A DNA stretch of 64,000 nt from Scenedesmus sp. PABB004 (Eukaryota): NCBI GenBank assembly GCA_014905635.1, contig JABVCE010000004.1:434001-498000 (forward strand), given 5' to 3'. Of the stretch, positions 1 through 11,409 are shown one piece after another; the first letter of the stretch is position 1, and every line of letters begins with the position of its first letter. The notes under the pieces are model-generated. The model did no database searches. It was not told the DNA's origin and was given only the letters and a program-made list of their open reading frames with translations. The translations under genes and the position numbers were made by a program.

Positions 1-3000
1 TTGCGCCCCGCCGGCGGCTGCTTCTTCACCAGCACCAGCAGCACCTGCACGGCAGCCGCGCCGCGCCGCGCGGGCGCCGCGGCGCCGGGGAGGGGAGGGG
101 GGCGGGTCGGGCGCCGCCACCCCGCACGCGGCGCATGGCCGGCGCGGGGGGCTGGCGGCGCGCGCGCGAATGCGTGCGCGCGTGGCCGCGCGGCGTGCCT
201 GCAGGACGCTGTTGCTGAAGCGCGGCCCGATGGCCACGTACTCGAGCAGCCGCTCGATGTCGTCCTGGCGGCGGGCACGTGCGGGCGGTGTGGGCGTGCG
301 CGGGCGTGAGTGTGTGTGTGGGCGTGAGTGTGTGGGTGTGGGTGTGTGTGGGCTTGTGTGGGTGTGTGGGTGTGGGCGGGTGCGCGTGGCGGCGCCGTCA
401 TGTGGCTCTCCAAGTTGCTGGGCAGCCGGGAGCGTCACCGAGTACACACGCGGGGCTGCCTAGCAACCCCGGGAGCTGCATCACAGCGCCGCCACGCACG
501 CGCGCGCGCGCGTTGTGCCGCGACAGCCCCCGGCGCGAGCCCCCGAGACCCCGCAACAGCAGCCCCCGCCGCGGGCGGCGCACCAGGATGACGATGCTGA
601 GCGGCGACTTGTAGGCGTCCTCAAACACCTTGGTCACTGTGCTGCCCTTGGCGTGCTCCGCGTAGCCCACCATGTCCTCGGGGCTCACCACCTGGCGCGC
701 GGCGCGGCGCGGGGGCCGGGCGGGCGGCGCGGGCGGGCGGCGGCGCGGGCGGCGGCACGCGGGGGTCGGCGCGTGCGCGCCGCGTGCGCGGCACGTGCGC
801 CGCCGAGCCCAGCCAGCGCGGGCTGGCGCAGCCGCTCCTCGTCGGCCGCGCAGCCGGCCCGCGCAGCCTTGCCAGCACAGCCTCCTTCCCAGCACGCACA
901 CGCCGGCGCCCGCCCGCCCACGCGCGCACCTTGACAAACGGAAAGCCGCTCTCGATCGCCGCCGCGGCGGCGAGCGCGGTCTTGCCGCTGCCGCTCGGGC
1001 CCTCGAGCAGCACGCTCAGCAGCGGCGTCTTTTCGCTGTTCTGCACCTGCGCGCGCGCGCCGCGCACGCCGGGCGGAGGAGCCAGGCGGCGGCCGTCGGC
1101 GTGCGCTCCACGGCCGCGCGCGCCGCGTGCGTCGCGTGCGCAGCGCGCCGCGTGCGCCGCGCGCGCCTGCGTGACGAGCGTGCGCAGCGTGGACGCGAGG
1201 TGGCGGTACGCGTCGCCGTAGTCGATGACGCCGTGCACGAGGTGCCGCGACAGGCCCTCCGTGTTGGCGCCAAACGCGGGCACGACCTCGCCCAGCGCGG
1301 CGGCAAAGTCGGCGGCCGTGACCTGCGGCGCGCGCGGCCGGCGCGTCGGCGGGCGCGGCCGGACGCCGCGCGCGCGGCGCGCAAAGCTCCCTCGCCCCCA
1401 AAGCGGCCCGAGCAGCCCGGCACGCAGCCCCGCCGCGCGGCGCAGCCACGCCACACAGCGCAGCCCCGCGCGGCGCAGCCAGCCCGCGGCCAGCCAGCCC
1501 GCAGCCAAGCGGCGCAGCCCCGCGCGGCGCAGCCACCCCAGCGCGGCGCCGCCAGCTGCGCGGCCGCGCCTTGACGTTGTCCTCGTCGAGCGGCTTGTGG
1601 AGGTCGTTGATGTCGACGTTGCGGTTGAGCGCGTAGCTCGCCGCGCTCTTGACGAGGCCCTCAATCTCCGCGCCGCTGAAGTTGCGCGTCGCCTCGGCGA
1701 GCGCGGCGAGGTCGACGTCGGGCGACAGGAACGAGTTGGCCGACATCTGCGGCGGCGGCGGGCGCGGCGGCGGCGGTGGCGGGGGCGGCGGCGGCGGCGG
1801 CGGCGGCGGGGAGTGCTCAGAGCGCACGGGGCGCCGCTCGTGCGCGCGCCCCGCCGCGCCGGCCGCGCGCCCCGCGCCGCCGCCGCCGCCGCCGCCGCAC
1901 CCGGCTGGTGTGGATGGTGAGGATCTGCAGCCGCCCGCGCTCGTCGGGCAGCCCGATCTCGATCTGCACCTCCAGCCGCCCCGGGCGCAGCATCGCCTCG
2001 TCCAGCATGTCCTTCCTGCAAGCCGCGCGGCGCGCGGCGCGGCGGGCGCGCGCCTCCCTCGGCGCCGGCACGCGGAGCGGCGACGCAGCACGCGCAGCGC
2101 GCGCCGCACGCAAGCCTCTCCCCGCCCCGCCCCGCCCCGGCCGCCGCGCTGCGCGCGCTGTGCGCGTGCTGTGCGCGTGCTGTGCGCGTGCTGCGCGTGC
2201 TGCGCGCCTGTTGGTCATGCCGATGAGCAGTATGTTGTTGAGCGCGTCGACGCCGTCAATCTTGGTGAGCAGCTGGTTGACGATCGTGTCGTGCGTCGCC
2301 GTGCCGTCGCGCACGCTGCCGCGCTGGCGGCAGATCGCGTCGATCTCGTCAAAGATGATGATGTGCAGCTCCTGGCAGGGAGGGACGCACGCCGCAGCAC
2401 ACGCACGCACACGCGGGTGCGGGCGGGTCGGCGCCGGCGGCGGGCGGCGGCAGCGACAGGCGGCGGCGGCCCCGCGCGCGCCGCGCCGCGCGCCGCACCG
2501 ACGCATCGCCCTTCTCCTTGTACTCGGCCTCGGCCTCGCCGAAGAGGGCACGGATGTTTTCCTCGGCCTGGCCGACGTACTTGGACAGCACCTCGGGGCC
2601 GTTGACGACCTTGGGCTCGCGGCCGTTGAGCATCTTGCCGATCTGCCGCGCGATCAGCGTCTTGCCCGTCCCCGGCGGGCCGTGCAGCAGCATGCCCTGC
2701 GGAACAAGGATGTGGGTGGTGCGTGGCGCAGGCGGGCGCAGAGGGCGCGGGCCATCGCGGCGGGCGGTGGCGGCGGGGTGCGGGCGGCGGGCGCGGGCGG
2801 GCGGCGGCGCGCGCGCGAGAGATAGAGAGAGAAGGCGCGCGTGCTCGCCTTGACGTGCTGGATGCCGAGGCGCTGCACGATGCTCGGCGGGAAGACGCGG
2901 CTCGCAAACGCGCGGCGGAAGATCGCATCAAACTGCTTGTCGAGGCCGCCGATGCCGAGGGACTCAAAGTTGAGCGTCTTGGCCTTGAACAGCTGCGTCG

Positions 3001-4180
3001 TGGCAAAGCCCTTCTGGCCCGTGATCTTGATGTTCGAGTTGTCTGGCACGGGGCAGCGGGCGTGGGCGGGGCGTGGGCGCGCGGCGCGTGGGCGGGCGCG
3101 CGGGCGGGGGCGCCCGCCGCCGCTGGCTGGCAGCTCGCGAGGCAGCTCGCGAGGCAGCTCGCGAGGCGGCTCCCCCCCCCCCCTCCGCCCCGCGTGCTGC
3201 GCGCGCCGCGGGGGCAGGCTCACTGGCGTTGGTGAAGATGAAGGCGGTGTTGGCCGCGAGCGTCGCGCGGTGGACGTCGCGATTTGCGCCGTCCACGTCG
3301 ATCTGCAGGCTGCCCACCTGCAGCTTGTAGCTCGCGCCCTGCAGCTCAAACGCGAGCTGCTGCTCCGGCGTGAACACCTGCGCGGGCGCGGCGCGCGGGC
3401 GCGGCGTCGAGCCCCCGGCCGCCGCCCCGCCGCCGCGGGCAGGCCGCCGCGCCGGCCGCCGGCCCGCCGCCGGCGGGCCGCGCCGCGCGCCTGGCCCTTG
3501 AACATCTGCAGCAGGCGCTCGATGATGTCGCTGGCCGACAGCTCCGCCTTGACGTGGTCCTTCAGCCCCAGCACCTCTGCGTATAGCAGCCCCGCGCCGG
3601 GGAAGTGCGGCGGCGGCACAAAGACCGCCGCGTTGACCCGGTCCTGCACCGACACGCGCAGGCACTGCGCGCGGCGCGCGGGGGCAGCCGCGGTGGCGGC
3701 AGCGGCGGCGGCGGGTGAGCGCAGAGCCGCACGCGCCGCGCCGCCAACTGCCGCCCGGCCCGCTTCCCGCGCCCGCCGCCGGCGCAGCGGCGGCCACGCG
3801 CGCACCCGGCGCTGGATGGCATTGAAGCCGATCGAGCCAGGCGCGACTTGGGGATGCGGCGCGGCGGTGAACACGCTGCGGCGGCGGCGGCGGCCATGGC
3901 GGCGGTCCCGCGTCGGCCGCCGCGCGGGGCCGGCGCGGGCGGCGGCGCGCCAACCGCCGCGGCCGCTGCTCTCACAAGGGCCCAATCTCCAGGAACTGCG
4001 CGCTCGCCAGCGGGTCGTCGGGAGCCAGGTAGACGCAGTTGGTGAGGCTGGCAGCCTGCGGGCGTGATGCGGCCGCGGCCGCGTGGGCGGGCGCCGCGGC
4101 GCGGCGCGGCGCGGCGCGGCGCCGCTGCTGCGGCGCGCCTTGTCCGGGCAGTTGTCGGCGACGCGGGTGGTCTGCGCCAT
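1..4180 (-). CDS. NSF: Vesicle-fusing ATPase NSF/Sec18 (15 exons in window; 3' end lies beyond the window start)
   Basis: Spliced exons give [24 protein letters not shown]..., [25 protein letters not shown], Walker A GPPGTGKT, Walker [42 protein letters not shown]2 Walker A GPSGSGKT and [18 protein letters not shown], all diagnostic NSF motifs. 7 of 14 introns have GC donors. Confidence 0.97.
298..385. repeat. (GT)/(GGGTGT)-rich microsatellite inside an NSF intron
   Basis: gtgagtgtgtgtgtgggcgtgagtgtgtgggtgtgggtgtgtgtggg... read directly. Confidence 0.8.
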
Positions 4181-4567
4181 GGCGGCGGCGGCCGCGTGGG
4201 GCTCAGCCCCACGGGCGCGCTGCGCGGGACCCCGCTGCTCTCGCGCTGGCCCGGCGCGGCGCGGCGCGAGCAGCGGCGGTCGGTCCGGCGCGCGGCGCGG
4301 CGGCGGCGGCGTGCGTGCCGTCAGCGGCGTGGCGAGCGTTGTGGTGGGAGGGCGGGTGACGCGGCGCGGCGAGCACGCGGTTGAGGCGCGCGGCCAGGCC
4401 CTGCGACTGCGCGTCTCCTGCTGGCGCGCCGCGCACCCGTGCGTCGTTGCCGGCGTCGACGCTCACTCGCAGCACACACACGGCCCACACAACAACAACT
4501 CCCAACAGCTCGCTGCTCCCACGCGCCCGCGCGGCGCAGCAGCGCTGGGCTCGATGGCGCGCCCCTG

Positions 4568-4926
4568 ATGGCGCCCCGCGCCCCCGGCGGGCGCACCGCC
4601 GGGCCCGGGACGTGCAGTTCGCCGGCTCCGATCCGCACGACAGCCGCAGCGGGCCGCAGGGGCGCCCCATGCGCCTGCGCGGCGGCCGCCCGCGCTGGCC
4701 ACGCAGCGGCGCCGCACGCCGCCGCCGCCGGGACGGCGCTGTGGCTGGACCCGCAGCCCTGGCCGCTGGCGCAGCCGCCAGGCGAGCCGGTGGCAGGCAG
4801 CAGCGCGGCAGCAGCTCGGCGGCGGTCGCCGGCGGCACGCGGCAGCAGCGGCGCCGCCGCGCTGCCATCGCCGCCGCCGTGCGGCTCGGTGCAGGTGCCC
4901 CATCTGCTGCAGCAGCAGGAGGTGCA

Positions 4927-4984
<58 letters not shown>

Positions 4985-6720
4985 CAGCAGCAGGCCGCCG
5001 AGGCCGCGCACGCGCGCATGAAAGGCGTCATGCGCAGCCTGGCGGCCTGCGCGAGCCCGGCGGAGTTGGAGGCGCTGCTGACGGCCCACGGGCCGGACCT
5101 CGACGTGCGGGCGATCACGGCCAGCTGGACGGCCGCGGCGCGGCTGGCGCAAGCGCGCCAGCCCGAGCCCACGGGGCTGCCCGCTCGGGAGCAGCAGCAG
5201 CAGCCGCCGGGGCAGCGGGAGAACCTGCCGGGGCAGGCGCAGCAGCTGCGTGTACAACGACTAGAGCAGTGCGCGGCGCTGGCGGAGCGGCAGCTCGTGC
5301 CGCTGCTGCGGCGCCGGCTGCACCAGTTTGACGGCGCGGGGCTGGTCCTTGTGCTGCACGCCATGGCGGTGCTGCGGCTGCGGAGCGAGGCGCTGCTGCT
5401 GGAGCTGGTGAGCGGCGGCCGCGCGGCCGGCCGGGTGCGCAGCTGCCGGCCGCGCTGCGGCGGCGCCCGCGCCAGCTGAGCCGCGCGCCGCCCGCCACCC
5501 CCGCAGGCGCAGGCGGTGCTCGCGTGCGCGCACACGCTGTCGGCGCGCCTGCTGAGCCAGCTGCTGTGGGCGCTGTGCGCGCTCGGCGAGGCCCCGCCGC
5601 CGCAGCTGCTGGGCCAGGTGCTGCACCACAGCCACCGGCGGCTGCCGCTGGCCAACGGCCAGGACGTCGCGATGCTGCTGCAGGGCCTGGCCCGGCTGGG
5701 CCAGCCGCCGCCGCCGGAGTGGCTGCACGCCTGCTGCACGCGGTTAGACCAGGTGCGCGGCGGCGGCCGGGCGGCAGGGGCGGCGGTGCGCAGCCGCCGG
5801 CGCGCAGCCGCCGGGCCGTGCCTGCGCCCCCACCCACGCCTGCCCCGCGCTGCCCCGCAGCTGCTGGGCACGCGGCAGCTGGCGCCGACCTCGCTGTGCA
5901 TCGCGCTGCACAGCCTGGCGCGGCTGCGCGCAGCGCCGCCGCCGGCGCTCCTGGCGCGGCTGCTGGCGGCCGCGCAGCAGCAGCTGCCGGCGCTGCCGCC
6001 GGCGGGGCTGAACATGCTGGGCAATGCCCTCCAGCTCCTGCGCACCGACCCTAGCCCCGCCTGGCAGCAGGCGTACGCGGCGGCCGCGGCGCGGGCCATG
6101 CCGCGCTGCGACGCGCGCAACGCTGCCGTGCTGGCCGCGCCGCTGCTGCGCTGGCGCACGGCGCTGCCGGGGGCCTGGGCGGAGCGGTACGCCGCGGCCT
6201 GTGCGCCGCACCTGCGGGACATGACGCCGCAGGGCCTGGCGGTGCTGGGCCACAGCCTCGCCGCGCTGCAGGCGTCGCCCGGCGCCGACTGGCTGGCGCG
6301 CTACCTGTCCGCCGCCGACGCGACCGGGCTGGCCAGTAGCCCGGCGGGCTGCAGCTACCTGTTGCACTGCCTGGGCACCTGGCAGTGCCTGGCCGTGCAG
6401 CAGCGCAGGCGTGGCGACGGAGTGGCGCAGGAGGCGGCGGCGTCGGCGGCGGCGGCGGCGGGGGGCGCAGGCGAGCCGCTGCAGGAGCAGCAGTCGCAGC
6501 AGCAGGAGCAGCAGCAGGCGCAGCTGGGGGCGCTCGTGGACGCGCTGGCGGAGCAGTGCATCGCTTGCTTCATGCGTGACGGTGGCGCGTTCACCGCCGA
6601 GCAGCTGGGCATGTTCTGCAAGGGCCTGGCCTCCCTGGGCGTGCAGGGCAGCGCTCCGCTGGCCAGGCAGCTGTGCAAGGTGGGTCGTGGCGCACCGCGG
6701 CCGCCGCCGCCGCCGCCGCC

Positions 6721-6752
<32 letters not shown>

Positions 6753-7607
6753 TTGCGGCGGCTCCGCCGCAGGCATCCAACCCGCGCGACCCGCTTCCGC
6801 CGCGCCGCGCAGGTGGCGGGGCGCCTGCTCGGCCCGCAGCCGCGCGGCAGCCGGCGCCAGGCCACGGCGGCCACGCTGACGAACCTGCTGCTCGCGCTGG
6901 CGGTCAGCTGCCCCAGCGCGGCCAGCCCCGCGCTCATGGCGCGTGTCTGGGCCGCGCTCGCGGAGGCCGCGCCGTCTGCCAGCCCCGCGCACGCCGCGGC
7001 GGTCGCGTGGGCGGCGCAGCGCCTGCGCCTGCGCCCGCCGGCGCGGCTGGTGCGGCGGCTGTGCGGCCAGGTCGCGGTGCTGGGCGACGAAGCGTCGCTG
7101 CAGCAGCTCACGGTGCTGCTGCTCGAGGGCGCCAAGGCCGGCTGGCAGCACCAGCTGGAGCCGGGCACCGCGCGCACGCTCGTCGCACACCTGCGGCACA
7201 AGCAGGCGGCGGCGCTGCGGCAGCGCCGGCGCGGCGGCGGCGGCTCAGCGGCCTGCAGCGCGCCGGGGCGGGGCGCCGCGGCGCCTGCGGCGGCGCCGCG
7301 CGGCGGCGGCGGCCAGGAGGCCGGCGCGATGGCAGGCAGCAGCAGCAGCGGCAGGGGCAGCAGAGGCGGCTGCAGCAGCAGCAGCAGCAGCAGCATCAGC
7401 AGCAGGAGCAGTGGCAGTAGCAGCAGCAGCGACGGCAGACGGAGCAGTGCCCTCTTGCTGCTGGCAAACCACCGGCTCAGGGCCGCCAGCCTCGCAGCGA
7501 CCGCTGCCGCGATGGCGTGGGCGGGCGGCAGAGGCGGCGCGCTGCTGCGGCGCGGCGACGACGACGGGCCGCCAGGCGCGCCGCGCGAGGCGGTGGCCGC
7601 GGCGTAG
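4568..7607 (+). CDS. Octotricopeptide-repeat (OPR)-like organellar RNA-binding protein, 4 exons, with a polyQ tract
   Basis: Repeated helical units such as LLQGLARLGQPPPPEWL, LHSLARLRAAPPPALL and LQLLRTDPSPAWQ (PPPEW-type OPR signature). GT-AG introns at about 5408-5506, 5754-5860 and 6680-6812. Stop TAG 7605-7607, TGTAA downstream. Start codon uncertain. Confidence 0.75.
4908..4993 (+). repeat. (CAG)n polyglutamine tract in the OPR gene
   Basis: About 17 uninterrupted CAG units within a longer CAG/GAG run. Confidence 0.9.
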
Positions 7608-7662
7608 GGTTTTTGAGGGACGGCCAACCCCGCGCGCGCGTGCCGTGCGCTTCAGGCCTGTT

Positions 7663-7667
7663 TGTAA
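7663..7667 (+). terminator. TGTAA polyadenylation signal of the OPR gene
   Basis: Chlorophyte poly(A) signal about 55 nt after the stop codon, in an AT-richer patch. Confidence 0.65.
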
Positions 7668-8036
7668 CAAAATCACAGCCTCGCAAGGGCGCCGCGCATG
7701 CGCTCGCCGCGCGACGCCAGGGGCCGCGCCGTGCGCCGCGTCCTGCGAGTCCGCGCGGCGCTGAAGACCGTTGGGTCGCGGCCCCGCGCGGCCCCACCGC
7801 CCGCCGTACGCTCGCCCACACACTAATTGAATCACGGTGGGCGCCTGCGCGTGCGCTGACCACCCCGCGCCGCGCGGACCCTCGCCGCCGCTGCTGCGCG
7901 CGCGCCGCTGCGGCTCAACGCCGCGCCGCGCCGCCGCGCCACTCCCGTCATCGCGGAGCAGGTTTTCGGGATGTCGTGAGACGGCGCCACGGGCCCAGCG
8001 TGTCGGCGGCAGCCACGCGGCGCGCTGCGCGAGAGC

Positions 8037-9334
8037 ATGGCCGCGCCGCCACCGCCCGGCCAGCTGCCGTGGGGCGCCTGGGCCGCGGACCACGCCGGGA
8101 GCGGCCCTTCCGGCTACTACGACCTGGCGAGCGCGGCGCATGCGGCCGGACAGGGTGCACCGGGCGCGCCGCCGCCCGCCGGCGCGGCCTGGTGGCCGCC
8201 CGCGGCGCCGCTGGCTCCTCGGCAGCTCCACGGCGGCCTCGCCTTCGACTCCCTGCACCAGTCCTTCGCGCCGCCACCCTTCGCGGGCGGCGGCCCTGCG
8301 TGCACGCCAGGCTGCTACATCTCTGGCGGCCCTGCGTACGCGCCGCCAGGCTGCTACACCTCCGGCGGCCCTGCGTACGCGCCGCCGCGCGGCTACGGCT
8401 ATGGCGGCGGCCAGGCCTGCGCGCCGCCGCCGGCCGCCGCCTTCGCGGAGGCGCCGCCCTGGCCCCAGGGCCTGCCGGGGCGGCCGCCGCGCCGCCGCAC
8501 GCGCGCGCCGCCGCCGCCGGTCGTGCCGCCGAGCGGCCAGCCTCTTGGCAGCGCCCTGTGCTCGCCGCCCGGCGCGCTGTGCTCGCCGAGTGCGGAACGG
8601 CTGGCCGCCCTGCTGGCCAGCCTAGAGAGGCGCATGCTCGGAGGCGCCGCCGCGACGCGCCAGCCCCAGCCCCTGGACGCGCCGGCGCCGGCCGCGGCGC
8701 GGCCGGCCGCCTCGGGGCTGGCGCCCGCGGGCCTGCTGCCAGAGGGCCTCGAGGCGCTGCTGAGCGGCGCGCCGTTTGCGTTTGACGACGACGTGGCGGC
8801 GGTGGTCGACGACCCGCGCAACGCGGCCGCGGCGCCGGCCGCCAGTGCCGCGGCCGGCGCCGCGCCGCGTGGTGCCGGCGCCGCGCCGAGCGCCAGCGCG
8901 AGCATCGAGTCGTCGGACGCGCTGCTGCCTCTTTTCTCCAACGCCGCGCTCGCGGCGGCCGGCGAGCTGATGCCCAGGCCGCCCGCGCCCGCCAGCGCCT
9001 GCGCTGGCTGGGGCGGCCTGCCGGGCTGCGAGGCGCTGCAGGCGCAGTCGCCGTACTGCGCGGCTGATGCGCCGCCGCGCGCTGCGCACGCCCGCCCCTC
9101 GTCCGCCGGCCCGCTGGCGCACCTGGCTGCGGCGGCGGCAGAGCTGCCGCGCCTGGCGGCCGCGCTGGCGGCGGGCCGGTGCCTGGACCTCAGCACCACC
9201 CCGCCGGGCGCGCGGCCGCCCGCCGCAGAGGCCAGCCGCGCGCCCAGCGAGGTGGCGCTGCCGCCGGCGGAGCCGGGCGGGCGCGCGGGCCAGGTGCCGG
9301 CGCCGCCGGCGCTGCCTGCGGCGACCGCCGACGC

Positions 9335-9392
<58 letters not shown>

Positions 9393-11321
9393 ACCGGCGA
9401 GCTGCAGGCGGCGGGGGCGGGCCCGCGCCCGCCGCAGCGCGGCGGCCGGCGGCCGCGCACCGACTTCACGTCGTTTCTTGAGCTCATCAGCTCGGCCATG
9501 CAGGGCGTCGCCAGCCCGCCCGAGGCAGCGCAGCGGGACGGCCAGCACGGCGTCGCGCCGGCGCGGCCGGCCCAGCCTGTGCTGCCGCCGCCACCGCCGC
9601 CAACACAGCTGCATCAGGCCATGGAGGCCGTCGCGGGGCTGCCGGACGGAAGGCGTTGCGGACGGCAGGAGCACAACGCGGAGTCGCTGCCGCCGGCCGC
9701 GTGTGACGCCGCGCGCTGCTGCAGCCCTGGCCACGAGGCGCGCGTGCTGAGCGAAGCGCTGCGGCTGCAGGAGCAGATGCTGGCGGCCGCGGCGGCGGCG
9801 CTGGCGGCGCCGCAGGCGGCCGCCAGGCTGGCATATCCTCTTGCCTGGGCGGCTGACGCGCCGGGCGTGGGCTTTGCCAGTGCCGGCGGCTGCTGGCCCT
9901 GCGACGCGGTGCCGCCGCCGCGCGGCCGCGCCACGACAGGTCGCGCCAAGGGCGGCGGCCGGGCGCTGGGCGCAGCGATGGCCCGCAAGCCCCGCGCAGG
10001 CAGGCCTGCGGGCGCGCGCGCCAAGAGCTCGGCGGGGCGCGCGTCGCAGGCCCCAGAGGACTGGCTGGCGAGCGAGGTGGAGCCCGCAGCCGCCACCCTG
10101 ATGCGCATCGCGCTGGGCCTGAGGCCGCTTGCCAGCAAGGCCGCCGCCGCCGCCGGCGCGGCCGTGGCCGGCAGCGGCGGCCTGCGGGGCCTCGCCGCGC
10201 AGGCCGCGAGCAGTGCCGCGCAGAGCGGGGAGCCTCCCAGCAGCGGGGCGGCTGGGCAGGCCGGGCGCCCGCTGCGCAAGGCGGCGCTGGCGGCCAAGCA
10301 GCTGTCCGCGGGGCTGGCGAGCGGCAGGCGGGCGCCTGTGCAGGCCGGCCGCGCGGCGTCGCCGGCCGCCAGCGGCGGTGAGAGGCAGGCGCAGCAGCCG
10401 CACCAGGCGGCGGGCGCCGCCCGGCCCGCTCGCAAACGCAAGCGGGCGCAGGCGGCGGACCCGGACGGGGAGCACCGCGGCGCCCCCCAGCGGCGCCTGC
10501 CCAAGGCGCTGCCAGCCAGCCTGGCCAGCCCGGCCACCACCATTGCCAGCCTGTCACAGCAAAGCCCTGCCGCCGTGCCCGAGGCGGGGGGCAGCGAGCA
10601 GCAGCAGGTGGCGGTGGCGGTGGTGGCGGCTGCTGACGCGGCGGCGGTGGTGGCGGCTGCGGACGCGGCGGCGGTGGCAGCCACGGCGGCGGCGCCGGCG
10701 GCGGCGGCGCACGCTGCCGGCGCGCAGCCTGCTCGTGGCGGCCGGCGCTGCGCTGCGGCCGCCGCGGCGGCCAAGGTGCGTGCGGTCATGGCCGCGGCGA
10801 GCTCGGACAGCGGCCCTGAGGACCAGAGCTCTGGCGAGGACGAGGAGGCGTGGACCGCCACGGGCACCGACGGCTCAGCCAGGCCCGCCGCAGCGGGCAG
10901 CGCCGCGTCCTCGGACGACTTTCAGCCGCCGCGGCGCACCGTCCGCGGCGCCAACGGCGCCAACGACGGCGGCGCCGTGGCGAGCCGCGCGGGCGGCAGC
11001 AGGGGCGGCGGCGTGCAGGGCCCCGCGACCGCGCGCGTGCTGGCCAACCGCGCCGCCGCGGCGCGGAGCCACGTCAGGCGCAAGGAGCAGATTGCGCGGC
11101 TGGAGCAGACCACCGGGGCCGCGCGCACGGCCAACGCCGAGCTGGAGCGCCAGCTGGCGGCGGCCAACGTCGAGCTGCGCCGCCACCAGCGGCTGCAGGC
11201 GGCGCTCGGGGCCCACGTGCGCGCTGGCCGCGCGCGGCGCGTGCCGTTCCCACAGGCGCAGGTCGCGCGCGCGCTGGGCGACGGGGGCGCCGGCTCGTCG
11301 GACGACTCGGGCGGCGAGTGA
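8037..11321 (+). CDS. Large low-complexity protein with a C-terminal bZIP-like domain (putative transcription factor), apparently single exon
   Basis: 1094-aa ORF. C-terminal RVLANRAAAARSHVRRKEQIARLEQTTGAARTANAELERQL matches the bZIP N-x7-R basic region plus heptad zipper. Confidence 0.7.
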
Positions 11322-11396
11322 GCTGCGGCGGCTGCGCTACGCGGCGGCTGAGATGTGGGGCTGCGGTCGTGGGGGCAGGGACCGGTCTGTTAGTGG

Positions 11397-11401
11397 TTAC
11401 A
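11397..11401 (-). terminator. TGTAA poly(A) signal of the sulfotransferase gene
   Basis: ttaca on the + strand, 8 nt past the minus-strand stop codon. Confidence 0.5.
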
Positions 11402-11409
11402 AGGCCCTC

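Noticed and set aside
1410..1550. Intronic tandem repeats (also 3129-3170, 21780-21836, 27447-27493, 38225-38340, 40021-40070, 45988-46040) as a CRISPR-like array
   Set aside because: No unique spacers, eukaryotic intronic context and no cas genes. These are ordinary minisatellites.
4180..4568. Frequent head-to-head gene pairs (also 13254/13684, 17249/17743, 41310/41755, 47300/47933, 52012/52260)
   Set aside because: Normal for compact algal genomes, and no shared bidirectional-promoter motif could be identified.
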